64,000 nucleotides of DNA. It comes from a virus. Of the stretch, positions 55,665 to 64,000 are shown piece after piece. Position numbers and translations under genes: made by a program. The stretch lies in the IMG/VR virus record IMGVR_UViG_3300035703_000041, positions 1 through 64,000 of that record; one strand, written 5' to 3'. Under the pieces are notes generated by a model that saw only the letters and a program-made list of their open reading frames with translations, did no database searches and was not told where the DNA came from. The stretch's first letter is position 1. Each line of letters starts with the position of its first letter.

Positions 55665-56084
55665 ATGGCAAATATAACAATAAGCGTACAAAGCTTTTTA
55701 AACGCGGCAGACACACTTAGTATTACTATTGCAGATACTAATACTGTAGCTCAATTGAAAACTGCTATAAGTTTGCAGGAAGCTGTTCCAACAACTCAGA
55801 TGAAGTTGTTTTTCAACAATGCATTATTGGGTAATACTAGCACTTTAGTTAGTTTAGGAATTGTAAGTGGAAGTTATATTAAAACAGCTAATACAATTGC
55901 TCGTTTATCAACAAGAGAAGATAGACAAAAAGCTAAATTGGATTTAGCAGCACTTGATCGTGCAGCATATGGTTCTCGTCCAAGCACATACGACATAAAC
56001 AAACTTCCAAATCCATATAATGGCAATAGTGTTGATCCTGATGACGGTGCTTCAACACTAACAACAGGCCGTCCCTGGAGTTAA
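55665..56084 (+). CDS. Ubiquitin-like (beta-grasp) domain protein
   Basis: TVAQLKTAISLQEAVPTTQMKLFF..ALL...TL.SLGI..GS aligns with ubiquitin [24 protein letters not shown]..QL...TL.DYNI..ES. Confidence 0.65.
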   Translation: MANITISVQSFLNAADTLSITIADTNTVAQLKTAISLQEAVPTTQMKLFFNNALLGNTSTLVSLGIVSGSYIKTANTIARLSTREDRQKAKLDLAALDRAAYGSRPSTYDINKLPNPYNGNSVDPDDGASTLTTGRPWS

Positions 56085-56087
56085 TAA

Positions 56088-57914
56088 ATGGCAGGCAGAG
56101 AAGGCCCTTACAGGCGAGATTACAATTCAACTGATTATATCCATCCTAATGAAGAGAATCTGTTCAATCTTCACAAGGCTATGCAATATAATAATGCTGG
56201 ACAACCTGTTATACGAACTCATGTGGATGGTATCACTTTAGAAGGCGATGTACTCGTAGATAAAGTTAGAGTTGAAGTTAATGCTGCTGGCGATACTATA
56301 ACGCCTGATACCCCTGTATCAATAAGCAAAGATGATAATCCTAACTCGAGCAGCAATCCAATCTATGTTGCAGCTAACATAACAGGTGGTAATGTTAATG
56401 CTGCTGTGACCGGCACTGTTACTGTGAGTAGCATTACTAATACTGCTAATGTTAACATATTAAACATACCAAGTGTGACAATCAATAGTGGAACAATTAC
56501 TGCTATTACAAACACTGTAAATGTTAATGTTCTTAATATTCCGAGCGTAACTGTTAACAGTGGAAACATTACATTAGCTACAGGTAGCAATGTCATTGGA
56601 CAAGTCAATCAAGCTACTGCTAGCAATCCGTGGCATGTTGATGGAAATGTAAATGCCACTATCACAGGCACGGTAACAACCACCGTTGTTGATGGTGCAG
56701 TAGATGCTTTTGGTAGGTTAAGAGTAAGTGAAGCATTTACACTGGGTGACTACAAACACACCTACGGTATTGATCCTAACTTTAGGGACACACTGTCTAA
56801 TGGTGGAACCGTGACCCACATTACCAATCAAGCCGCTGCAAGATTGGCAACTACTAATAACTCTAGTAGCCGTGTCATTCATCAGACAAAAATGTATCAC
56901 AACTACATGCCTGGTAAAAGCCAACTGGTTAAAAGCACCATAAACTTTTACAGTGCCACAGCAAATGTAACCAAACGCACGGGATACTATGATGATCTGA
57001 ATGGCATTTACTTTGAGCAGATTGGCACCGGAGAGTTGGCATTTGTGATCAGGACAGATACCAGTGGCACTGCCAGTGATGCTCGCAGAGCAATTCAATC
57101 CAGCTGGAACAAAGATAAGTGTGATGGCACAGGACCGAGTGGATTTAACTTAGACATTACAAAAACACAAATTTTCTTTACTGATTTTCAATGGTTGGGT
57201 GTAGGTCGAGTTCGCTGTGGATTCGTTCATGATGGACTAACGATTATAGCGCACGAGTTTTATAACAGCAATAACTTAGCCACAGTGTATATGAGCAATC
57301 CTAACTTACCTATTCGTTGTGAAATCTTAAACACAGGTGCTACTGCTGGTGGATACTTTGATCAAATCTGCTCCACTGTAATTTCTGAGGGTGGGTATAT
57401 AGAAAGTGGTATCGACTTTAGCGTCGACAGTGGTCAAACATCGCAGAGCGTTACTGTTGCTAATGGAATGTATCCTATTGTTGCTATCAGATTGAAGAAT
57501 ACATTTAGAGGATATCCCAACAGAGTTGTGGTGCGTTCAGGTAATATTAACGTGTATGCTGAAGAATTTCCAGCATACTGGGCATTGTTCAAACTGTCAG
57601 GTTTATCTGCTATCACATTGTCTGATGCCACTTGGACTTCTGCTAATGCTGATTCGGCAGTGGAGTATAGTTTAAATGCTACAGCATTTACTGGTGGCGA
57701 CAGATTAGATGGTGGAATTGTAGGAACAACAAGTCCTGGCGGTTCAGCGAAAGGTACAGGCACTGCACCTGTGAATCAACCAAGCAACGCTAAGAAAAAC
57801 TTTATCGCACAGAATCAAGACAGTACTGATAGTGAGATTTACCTAGTCTGTGCAAAAGCAATAGGTGGAACCAGCAAGCTATGGGTTGACTTTCAGTGGC
57901 GTGAGATTTATTAA
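56088..57914 (+). CDS. Virion structural protein (DAFGRLRVS family)
   Basis: DAFGRLRVS, YMPGK, DFQWLGVGRVR, NPNLPIR. Confidence 0.7.
   Translation: MAGREGPYRRDYNSTDYIHPNEENLFNLHKAMQYNNAGQPVIRTHVDGITLEGDVLVDKVRVEVNAAGDTITPDTPVSISKDDNPNSSSNPIYVAANITGGNVNAAVTGTVTVSSITNTANVNILNIPSVTINSGTITAITNTVNVNVLNIPSVTVNSGNITLATGSNVIGQVNQATASNPWHVDGNVNATITGTVTTTVVDGAVDAFGRLRVSEAFTLGDYKHTYGIDPNFRDTLSNGGTVTHITNQAAARLATTNNSSSRVIHQTKMYHNYMPGKSQLVKSTINFYSATANVTKRTGYYDDLNGIYFEQIGTGELAFVIRTDTSGTASDARRAIQSSWNKDKCDGTGPSGFNLDITKTQIFFTDFQWLGVGRVRCGFVHDGLTIIAHEFYNSNNLATVYMSNPNLPIRCEILNTGATAGGYFDQICSTVISEGGYIESGIDFSVDSGQTSQSVTVANGMYPIVAIRLKNTFRGYPNRVVVRSGNINVYAEEFPAYWALFKLSGLSAITLSDATWTSANADSAVEYSLNATAFTGGDRLDGGIVGTTSPGGSAKGTGTAPVNQPSNAKKNFIAQNQDSTDSEIYLVCAKAIGGTSKLWVDFQWREIY
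56433..56573 (+). repeat. 72-nt tandem repeat (24 aa x 2)
   Basis: ITNTANVNILNIPSVTINSGTIT / ITNTVNVNVLNIPSVTVNSGNIT. Confidence 0.8.
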
Positions 57915-57958
57915 AGTACATGCAAATTATCATAAATTACTAAAAAGGAGAAATCAAA

Positions 57959-58120
57959 ATGTCTAAAGCAAAAATTGGCGGTCAAGGCGCTGCAAAAAAC
58001 ATGCTTGGCCGCGCAGGAAGTGGTAAAAAGACTAGCATCGGCGCTAGTAACAATAGCCGACCAAAAAGTCGCAGCGCAAAACTAAGTACAAAAGCTTATC
58101 GCGGGCAAGGTCGTCCGTAA
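57959..58120 (+). CDS. 53-aa basic protein ending YRGQGRP (not in ORF track)
   Basis: SD AAGGAG; KKTSIG...KAYRGQG. Confidence 0.65.
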   Translation: MSKAKIGGQGAAKNMLGRAGSGKKTSIGASNNSRPKSRSAKLSTKAYRGQGRP

Positions 58121-58176
58121 TTAAATTTTGCTTTTTATCTCTAAGACTGTTAGCTTATGTTATCTAAGGAGCATAT

Positions 58177-58440
58177 ATGACAACTACTCGAAACTTTAAT
58201 GCTGAAGAAAAGGCCAAGCTTACTCAGATCATCCGCGAAGGTTCAACCATCCTACAAGAAGTAGAAGACCTTAATGGTAGTCTTAGTGATACAATTAAAG
58301 CTGTAGCAGAAGAGCTACAGATTAAACCAAGCATTCTTAAAAAAGCAATTGCTATTGCTCACAAGGGCGAATATCAACGCCATGCTGAGGACTTTAGTAT
58401 TCTCGAAGACGTACTCGCTGCTGTTGGTAAAGCAGAATAA
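58177..58440 (+). CDS. T4 DsbA/GapR-like dsDNA-binding protein
   Basis: L.D.IKAVAEELQIKPSILKKAI.IAHK. Confidence 0.65.
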   Translation: MTTTRNFNAEEKAKLTQIIREGSTILQEVEDLNGSLSDTIKAVAEELQIKPSILKKAIAIAHKGEYQRHAEDFSILEDVLAAVGKAE

Positions 58441-58449
58441 AAATAAGTA

Positions 58450-59526
58450 ATGGCGAGTTTAACCACAGTTGGTCCAAGGATCAAATCAATATGTGGTATG
58501 TTGAGCGATATAGGTCGCGATCAATCAACAGAAGTTATTGATTTATACTCGCCATTACTTAAAATAAAAAATCAAAAATCAGTTTGGGTTGGGATAAATT
58601 TAATATTTCCATCAAAAAAAGAATTGTTAGTTCCTGTTACAAAGGAAACTAAATGTTATATTGCAACCTTTCATGGTGATCCTATTGATTCAAAATGGAT
58701 TAAATCTACTTCAGAAAGACTATTACAATATGATAAAAACTTATTAAAAAATTTTATTGTATGCAGCAATTATCCAAATCCACAAATACCACAAAATATC
58801 AAACATTTTCAAATTGAGCATTTGCATTTGTTGCCAAAATTTTATGGTAATAGCAACTTACACTTATCTCGCCCTGCAAAATATAGACAATTTAATTTTA
58901 GTTTTTATTCTTTTCGACCAAGTTGGTATAGGACAGCATTATTCATTTGTCTATACCGTTTAGAAAAAGCAATTTTATCTTTTCCTAACAACCCAGACTT
59001 AAACGATAAAGAATTAAGAAACTTTTTAAAAGAGAATGATATTGAATGCTCATTTGAGGATTTAGAAAGTTTTTTACCACTGCCAGTAGATAATTATTTT
59101 GAAAGTAATACAGACTTGCAACACGCATGGTCAGTAAATAATATCGCGTATCAAAACTGCCTTATTAATGTTGTAAATGAATCATCTATAGAATATACTG
59201 GACATATGAGTGAAAAAAGTTTTAAACCGCTTATTAGCAAAACTTTACCAATTTATAGTAATCAAGCACAAATTTCTCGTCTTAGAGAATTTGGATTTAA
59301 AATAAATTCATCTTTTTATGATAATCATCCAAATTCAATTATTAGGCAAGTTAACACACTAAAAAACTTGTTAAAATTACCTAACAGTAAATTAATTGAC
59401 GTTGTTAACGAATATGCAGATCATAATAGAGATTGGTTTTTTAATAATTTTTATGATAAAATTACAGAGGAAAATCAAGGTGTTTTAAAAGAGCTAGTTG
59501 AATATGTTAAAAATATTGTAGATTAA
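58450..59526 (+). CDS. AT-rich hypothetical, possibly glycosyltransferase-like
   Basis: INVVNES...SEKSFKPL...LREFGF. Confidence 0.45.
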   Translation: MASLTTVGPRIKSICGMLSDIGRDQSTEVIDLYSPLLKIKNQKSVWVGINLIFPSKKELLVPVTKETKCYIATFHGDPIDSKWIKSTSERLLQYDKNLLKNFIVCSNYPNPQIPQNIKHFQIEHLHLLPKFYGNSNLHLSRPAKYRQFNFSFYSFRPSWYRTALFICLYRLEKAILSFPNNPDLNDKELRNFLKENDIECSFEDLESFLPLPVDNYFESNTDLQHAWSVNNIAYQNCLINVVNESSIEYTGHMSEKSFKPLISKTLPIYSNQAQISRLREFGFKINSSFYDNHPNSIIRQVNTLKNLLKLPNSKLIDVVNEYADHNRDWFFNNFYDKITEENQGVLKELVEYVKNIVD

Positions 59527-59575
59527 TAACAAGAATAATACTATTGTATTCGTGTTAAAAACACATGTAGAGGTA

Positions 59576-59599
59576 GGTCAGCCGCAAGTGACTAGGAGG
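59576..59599 (+). promoter_or_regulatory. Hairpin abutting the DNA polymerase SD (candidate translational operator)
   Basis: GGTCA-gccgcaag-TGACT, then AGGAGG. Confidence 0.45.
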
Positions 59600-59603
59600 T
59601 TTC

Positions 59604-62264
59604 ATGAGTTATGTAGACTGTCTGTTTGACAGAGAGCGTGATCGCATTCACGTTGTAGAACGAGTTAACGGAGAACGCCGTTACACAGATTATCCCGCAC
59701 AATATATTTTCTATTACGATGATCCTAAAGGTAAGTTTAAAACTATCTACGATACTCCAGTAAGTAGATTTAGTACACGTAATAACAAAGAATTCCGCAA
59801 GGAACTAGCAGTACGCAAAGGTAAGACAACATGGGAAAGCGATATGAATCCTGTGTTTCGTTGTCTTGCTGAACATTATTTAGGCAAAGACGCGCCTAAA
59901 CTACATGTAGCATTTTTCGACATCGAAACAGATTTTGATCCTGAACGAGGATTTAGTAGCCCAGAAGATCCGTTTACTAAAATTACGGCTGTTACTGTTT
60001 ATCTACAGTGGCTAGATCAACTAGTTACACTTGCTATGCCACCTAAATCTATGAGCATGGAAAGTGCAAATGAAATTGCTGCTAAGTTTGATAACACATT
60101 TATGTTTGAAGATGAAACAGATTTAATTAAAACTTTCTTAGATCTAATTGAAGATGCTGATGTATTGAGTGGATGGAACAGTGAAGGATTTGATATTCCT
60201 TATATGATTAATCGCACTACAAACATCTTAAGTAAAGATGATACTAGACGTTTTTGTTTGTGGCAACAACTTCCTAAAGGCAGAGAATACGAAAAGTTTG
60301 GTGCAACACGTCAAACATATGACTTAGTTGGTCGTATACATGTTGACTATATGAACTTGTATCGCAAGTATACATATGAAGAACGTCACAGCTATAGTCT
60401 CGATGCTATTGGTGATTATGAGTTAGGTGAACGCAAGGTAATTTATGAAGGTAGTTTGGATGCATTATATAACAAGGACTTTGAAAAGTTTATTGCGTAT
60501 AACAGACAAGACGTTGCACTACTTGGTAAACTAGATAACAAACTTAAATTTATGGATTTAAGTAATGTGCTCGCACATGAGAACACAGTGCTTATTCAAA
60601 CAACTATGGGCGCAGTAGCACTTACTGAACAAGCTATTATTAACGAAGCACATAGTCTTGGATTAGTTGTACCTGATCGTAAAAATCATGGCAGCGATAC
60701 ACAAGCTGCTGGTGCTTATGTTGCTTATCCTAAAACTGGATTACATGAATGGATTGGTGCAATTGACATTAATTCGCTTTATCCTTCAAACATTCGCGCA
60801 CTAAACATGGCGCCAGAAACTATCGTTGGGCAATTGCGTCCAATCATGACTGACAAATACATTAACAATAAAATTGATAATGAAAAATGTTCCTTTGCAG
60901 AAGCATGGGAAGGACTTTTTGGTAGTTTAGAATACACTGCGGTGATGGAGCAAAAACGAGGAGTGGAGATCACTGTTGATTGGGTAGATGGCACTGAAGA
61001 TATTTTTACTGGCCATGAAGTCTACAACATGATTTTTAAGAGTAATCAACCTTGGATCCTAAGTGCAAACGGAACGATCTTTAGTTATGAACGCAAAGGT
61101 GTTGTACCTGGACTGCTTGAACGTTGGTATGCAGAACGTAAAGTACTACAAAAGAACTTGAAGGCAGCTATCGCAGCAGGTGACAAAGAACAAATTGAAT
61201 TTTGGGACAAGCGCCAGCTAGTTAAGAAAATTAACTTGAACTCACTGTATGGTGCAATTCTTAATCCTGGTTGTAGGTTCTTCGACAAACGCATTGGACA
61301 ATCAACTACGCTTACTGGTCGTACAATTGCAAAGCATATGGATGCTTATGTTAACGAGTGTATTACTGGCAAATACGATCACACAGGTGATGCAATCATT
61401 TATGGTGATACAGACTCTGTTTACTTTAGTGCATGGCCAATTATTAAAGATGATGTTGAAGCTGGCCGTATGGAATGGAACAAAGAAATTTGTGTGCAGC
61501 TATATGATAGCATTGCAGATCAAGTTAATCAAAGTTTTCCTGCATTTATGGAACAAGCATTCCACTGCCCACGTGAACTTGGTGAAATCATTAAAGGTGG
61601 TCGTGAACTTGTAGCTACACGTGGTCTGTATATTACCAAAAAACGTTATGCTGTTATGATTTATCAAAAAGAAGATAAACGTATTGATGTTGATGGTAAA
61701 CCTGGCAAAGTAAAAGCTATGGGACTTGATCTTAAACGAAGTGATACTCCTAAAGTTGTACAAGACTTTTTAATGAAAGTTCTAATGGATGTATTACAAG
61801 GTGCTAACGAACAACAGGTACTAGATAAGATTGTTGAATTCCGTAAGGAGTTTAGTGAACGACCTGCATGGGAAAAGGGCACACCAAAGCGTGTCAATAA
61901 ACTTACATATTATGGAAACATGGAAAAGCAACACGGTAAATTTAACATGCCAGGACATGTAAGAGCCGCTGTAAATTGGAACACACTACGTAAGATGCAT
62001 GGTGATAACTATAGTCAAAAGATAACTGATGGACAAAAAGTTATTGTATGTAAGCTTAAGGATAATCCACTAGGTTATACTAGTGTTGCCTATCCAATTG
62101 ATGAAAATCACTTACCTGAATGGTTCTTAGAAATGCCATTTGATCATAGTTCTATGGAAGGAACTATTGTTGATGGTAAGGTTAAAAACTTGCTTGGTGT
62201 TCTTAACTGGAATTTAGCAAGCACTGCTGGTGACCAAAACTCATTTAATCTAATGTTTGGATAA
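59604..62264 (+). CDS. Family B DNA polymerase
   Basis: ExoI DIET, GWNSEGFD, YN..D; DINSLYP, K..LNSLYG, YGDTDS, KKRY. Confidence 0.96.
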   Translation: MSYVDCLFDRERDRIHVVERVNGERRYTDYPAQYIFYYDDPKGKFKTIYDTPVSRFSTRNNKEFRKELAVRKGKTTWESDMNPVFRCLAEHYLGKDAPKLHVAFFDIETDFDPERGFSSPEDPFTKITAVTVYLQWLDQLVTLAMPPKSMSMESANEIAAKFDNTFMFEDETDLIKTFLDLIEDADVLSGWNSEGFDIPYMINRTTNILSKDDTRRFCLWQQLPKGREYEKFGATRQTYDLVGRIHVDYMNLYRKYTYEERHSYSLDAIGDYELGERKVIYEGSLDALYNKDFEKFIAYNRQDVALLGKLDNKLKFMDLSNVLAHENTVLIQTTMGAVALTEQAIINEAHSLGLVVPDRKNHGSDTQAAGAYVAYPKTGLHEWIGAIDINSLYPSNIRALNMAPETIVGQLRPIMTDKYINNKIDNEKCSFAEAWEGLFGSLEYTAVMEQKRGVEITVDWVDGTEDIFTGHEVYNMIFKSNQPWILSANGTIFSYERKGVVPGLLERWYAERKVLQKNLKAAIAAGDKEQIEFWDKRQLVKKINLNSLYGAILNPGCRFFDKRIGQSTTLTGRTIAKHMDAYVNECITGKYDHTGDAIIYGDTDSVYFSAWPIIKDDVEAGRMEWNKEICVQLYDSIADQVNQSFPAFMEQAFHCPRELGEIIKGGRELVATRGLYITKKRYAVMIYQKEDKRIDVDGKPGKVKAMGLDLKRSDTPKVVQDFLMKVLMDVLQGANEQQVLDKIVEFRKEFSERPAWEKGTPKRVNKLTYYGNMEKQHGKFNMPGHVRAAVNWNTLRKMHGDNYSQKITDGQKVIVCKLKDNPLGYTSVAYPIDENHLPEWFLEMPFDHSSMEGTIVDGKVKNLLGVLNWNLASTAGDQNSFNLMFG

Positions 62265-62272
62265 GTATATGC

Positions 62273-63274
62273 ATGGGACTTCCTCTAAGTGAAATATTCA
62301 ATCGTCTTATTAAAATAAGAAATTTGAATTTTGATGGCAATAAACAAGATATCTTAAACAAGATTGATAGTTTTAATAACTACCTTAAAAACGTTAAATT
62401 TATAGAATCCAATGAATTAAAAAGTATTGAAGAAAAGCTAGTTAAAGAATTAAACAATTATAGCGAGTTAATTAAAAAAATTGAACTTAAATTAGAAAAA
62501 GCAGTTTTAGATAATGAAGCATCTTACATTAAAGCAAGCAAAAAAATGTATGTTGAAAATTTAGAAAAAATGTTGTTTGAAGAACATTTAGAGTGGAGTC
62601 AACTATGGCCGCCAACTGATTTAGAATTTGATCATTTTTTAAATCAAATCAAACAATATATTAATTGGCAAGAACCATCTTTAATTTTTGGTGCTAATAA
62701 TTCTAAAATATTAAAAGCAACGATCGGTACTGAGCCAATTTATATTTTAGAACGCTATCCAGAATATTTTAACTTACAAAAAGAAAAATTTAATGTAAGC
62801 TTTTCAAGAAAATTACGTTTTTATGATATTAACTCAATTAATTTATTACCTAAAAATAGTATTGGGTTATTGATATGCTTTAATGAACTTAACTTTCTGC
62901 CGTGGGATATTAGTTCTTATCTATTAACTACGTTTTCTCAAATATTATCACCAGGCGGGAAACTTATTTTCAATTATAATAACTGTAAGACACTTAGAGG
63001 TTTTGTAGAATTTGAAAACCAAAGTATGGTATTTTCAACTCCTGAAATGTATATTAAACATTTAAAAAAATATAATTTAAATTGTATACACGAATATACA
63101 TCAAACAGAGAAACATTTAGTTTTATGATTTTTGAAAAAAGCGGAGTTAAAAACTTAGTTAAGAAAAGTCCTAGTGTTGGATATATTAAACAACAGCTAA
63201 CATTATCAAAACCTGTTGAACACAAAGCTAGAATTGAACATATTGAAAAATTAATAAACAATAAATTGACCTAG
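62273..63274 (+). CDS. Coiled-coil plus degenerate methyltransferase-like protein
   Basis: LPKNSIG...ILSPGGKLIFNY; very AT-rich. Confidence 0.5.
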   Translation: MGLPLSEIFNRLIKIRNLNFDGNKQDILNKIDSFNNYLKNVKFIESNELKSIEEKLVKELNNYSELIKKIELKLEKAVLDNEASYIKASKKMYVENLEKMLFEEHLEWSQLWPPTDLEFDHFLNQIKQYINWQEPSLIFGANNSKILKATIGTEPIYILERYPEYFNLQKEKFNVSFSRKLRFYDINSINLLPKNSIGLLICFNELNFLPWDISSYLLTTFSQILSPGGKLIFNYNNCKTLRGFVEFENQSMVFSTPEMYIKHLKKYNLNCIHEYTSNRETFSFMIFEKSGVKNLVKKSPSVGYIKQQLTLSKPVEHKARIEHIEKLINNKLT

Positions 63275-63320
63275 CGATAAATAAAACTTATAATAATAAC
63301 ATTAACAATAAAGGTAAAAT

Positions 63321-64000
63321 ATGAAAGACTACTTAATCGACATCGTTAAGCACACTGTCAACATGGGGTGTTTTGAAACACTACGCATTGACGGTACAGA
63401 TGCTGAAACTAAACTTAGTTCAACTGAAAAAGAACGTACAGTTGTTCTAAGAGCAAAACTACATGGTACCATTAAAGAGTTTGAAGGTACTTTTGGTGTA
63501 CCAAACTTAGCATTGCTTAATACAATTTTGAATATTCCAGAGTATCAAAGTGATGATGCTAAGATTACTGTGGAACGTAGAGCTATTAATAACGTAGAAC
63601 AACCAACTAGCATTAAGTTTGAAAATGGTGTTGGTGACTTTAAGAACGAGTTTCGTTTGATGGCATCTAACTTAATTGAAGCTATCGAGCCACTACTCAA
63701 GTTCAACGTTACAAGTTGGCCAGCTACATTTGTACCAACAGTAGCAGCACAAAGCAGACTTAAGTATCAAGCATCTGCACATCCAGAAGAAAAAGCTGTA
63801 ACTTTCCGTATTGAAAATGGCGAAGTACGTGCAAATATGGGTGATGGTTCAAGTCACAATGGTAGCTTTGTTTTCCATACTGGCGTAGACAAAAAGATCA
63901 AGGAAACAATTGTAGTTCCCGTAGCGGTTGTAACAAGTGTGCTTGCACTTGCTGGCGACAAAACAATGCAAATGGGTGGACCAGGAATGATGATTAGCGT
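63321..64000 (+). CDS. Probable sliding clamp/replication accessory protein, 3'-truncated
   Basis: Open to window end (MKDYLIDIVKHT...GTFGVPNL); near the polymerase; promoter TTGACC-17-TATAAT at 63266-63294. Confidence 0.5.
   Translation, partial: MKDYLIDIVKHTVNMGCFETLRIDGTDAETKLSSTEKERTVVLRAKLHGTIKEFEGTFGVPNLALLNTILNIPEYQSDDAKITVERRAINNVEQPTSIKFENGVGDFKNEFRLMASNLIEAIEPLLKFNVTSWPATFVPTVAAQSRLKYQASAHPEEKAVTFRIENGEVRANMGDGSSHNGSFVFHTGVDKKIKETIVVPVAVVTSVLALAGDKTMQMGGPGMMIS

Noticed and set aside
59604-62264. Intein or intron in the DNA polymerase
   Set aside because: Continuous 886-aa ORF with all motifs in order; no C...HN splice or LAGLIDADG motifs
1-64000. Stop-codon reassignment
   Set aside because: Standard-code ORFs tile the window densely, and TAA, TGA and TAG all end genes at coupled junctions

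Overview
A 64-kb AT-rich segment of a large lytic T4-like/jumbo tailed phage (Caudoviricetes), standard genetic code, densely coding and mostly on the + strand. Order: end of a tail-fibre region (1-2.5 kb); MazG, DnaE fragment, GroES and clamp loader (2.6-6.9 kb); an early accessory region driven by sigma70-type promoters, with many small ORFs, a 7-member FxLRW paralogue family and an RNA-repair/ribosome-rescue set (7-22.6 kb); PhoH and a late-promoter symporter / P-loop / methyltransferase module (23-28 kb); holin-like genes, DnaJ and ClpA (28-34 kb); a block of putative internal-head proteins (36-51 kb); tail/virion genes including a ubiquitin-like protein (51-58 kb); DsbA-like protein, family B DNA polymerase and a probable sliding clamp (58-64 kb). 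The most striking feature is the 36-51 kb block. Its late-promoter genes share short T4-like capsid-targeting-type leaders, and several are polyproteins in which unrelated domains (nucleotidyltransferases, ligase, amidoligase, RpoD region 4, ParB, GH19 muramidase) are joined at [LIV]-x-E motifs, the known T4 prohead-protease specificity. This suggests virion-packaged, protease-released effector cassettes. All calls come from reading motifs by eye; no database searches were run. No tRNA, rRNA, CRISPR array, integrase or transposase was seen.
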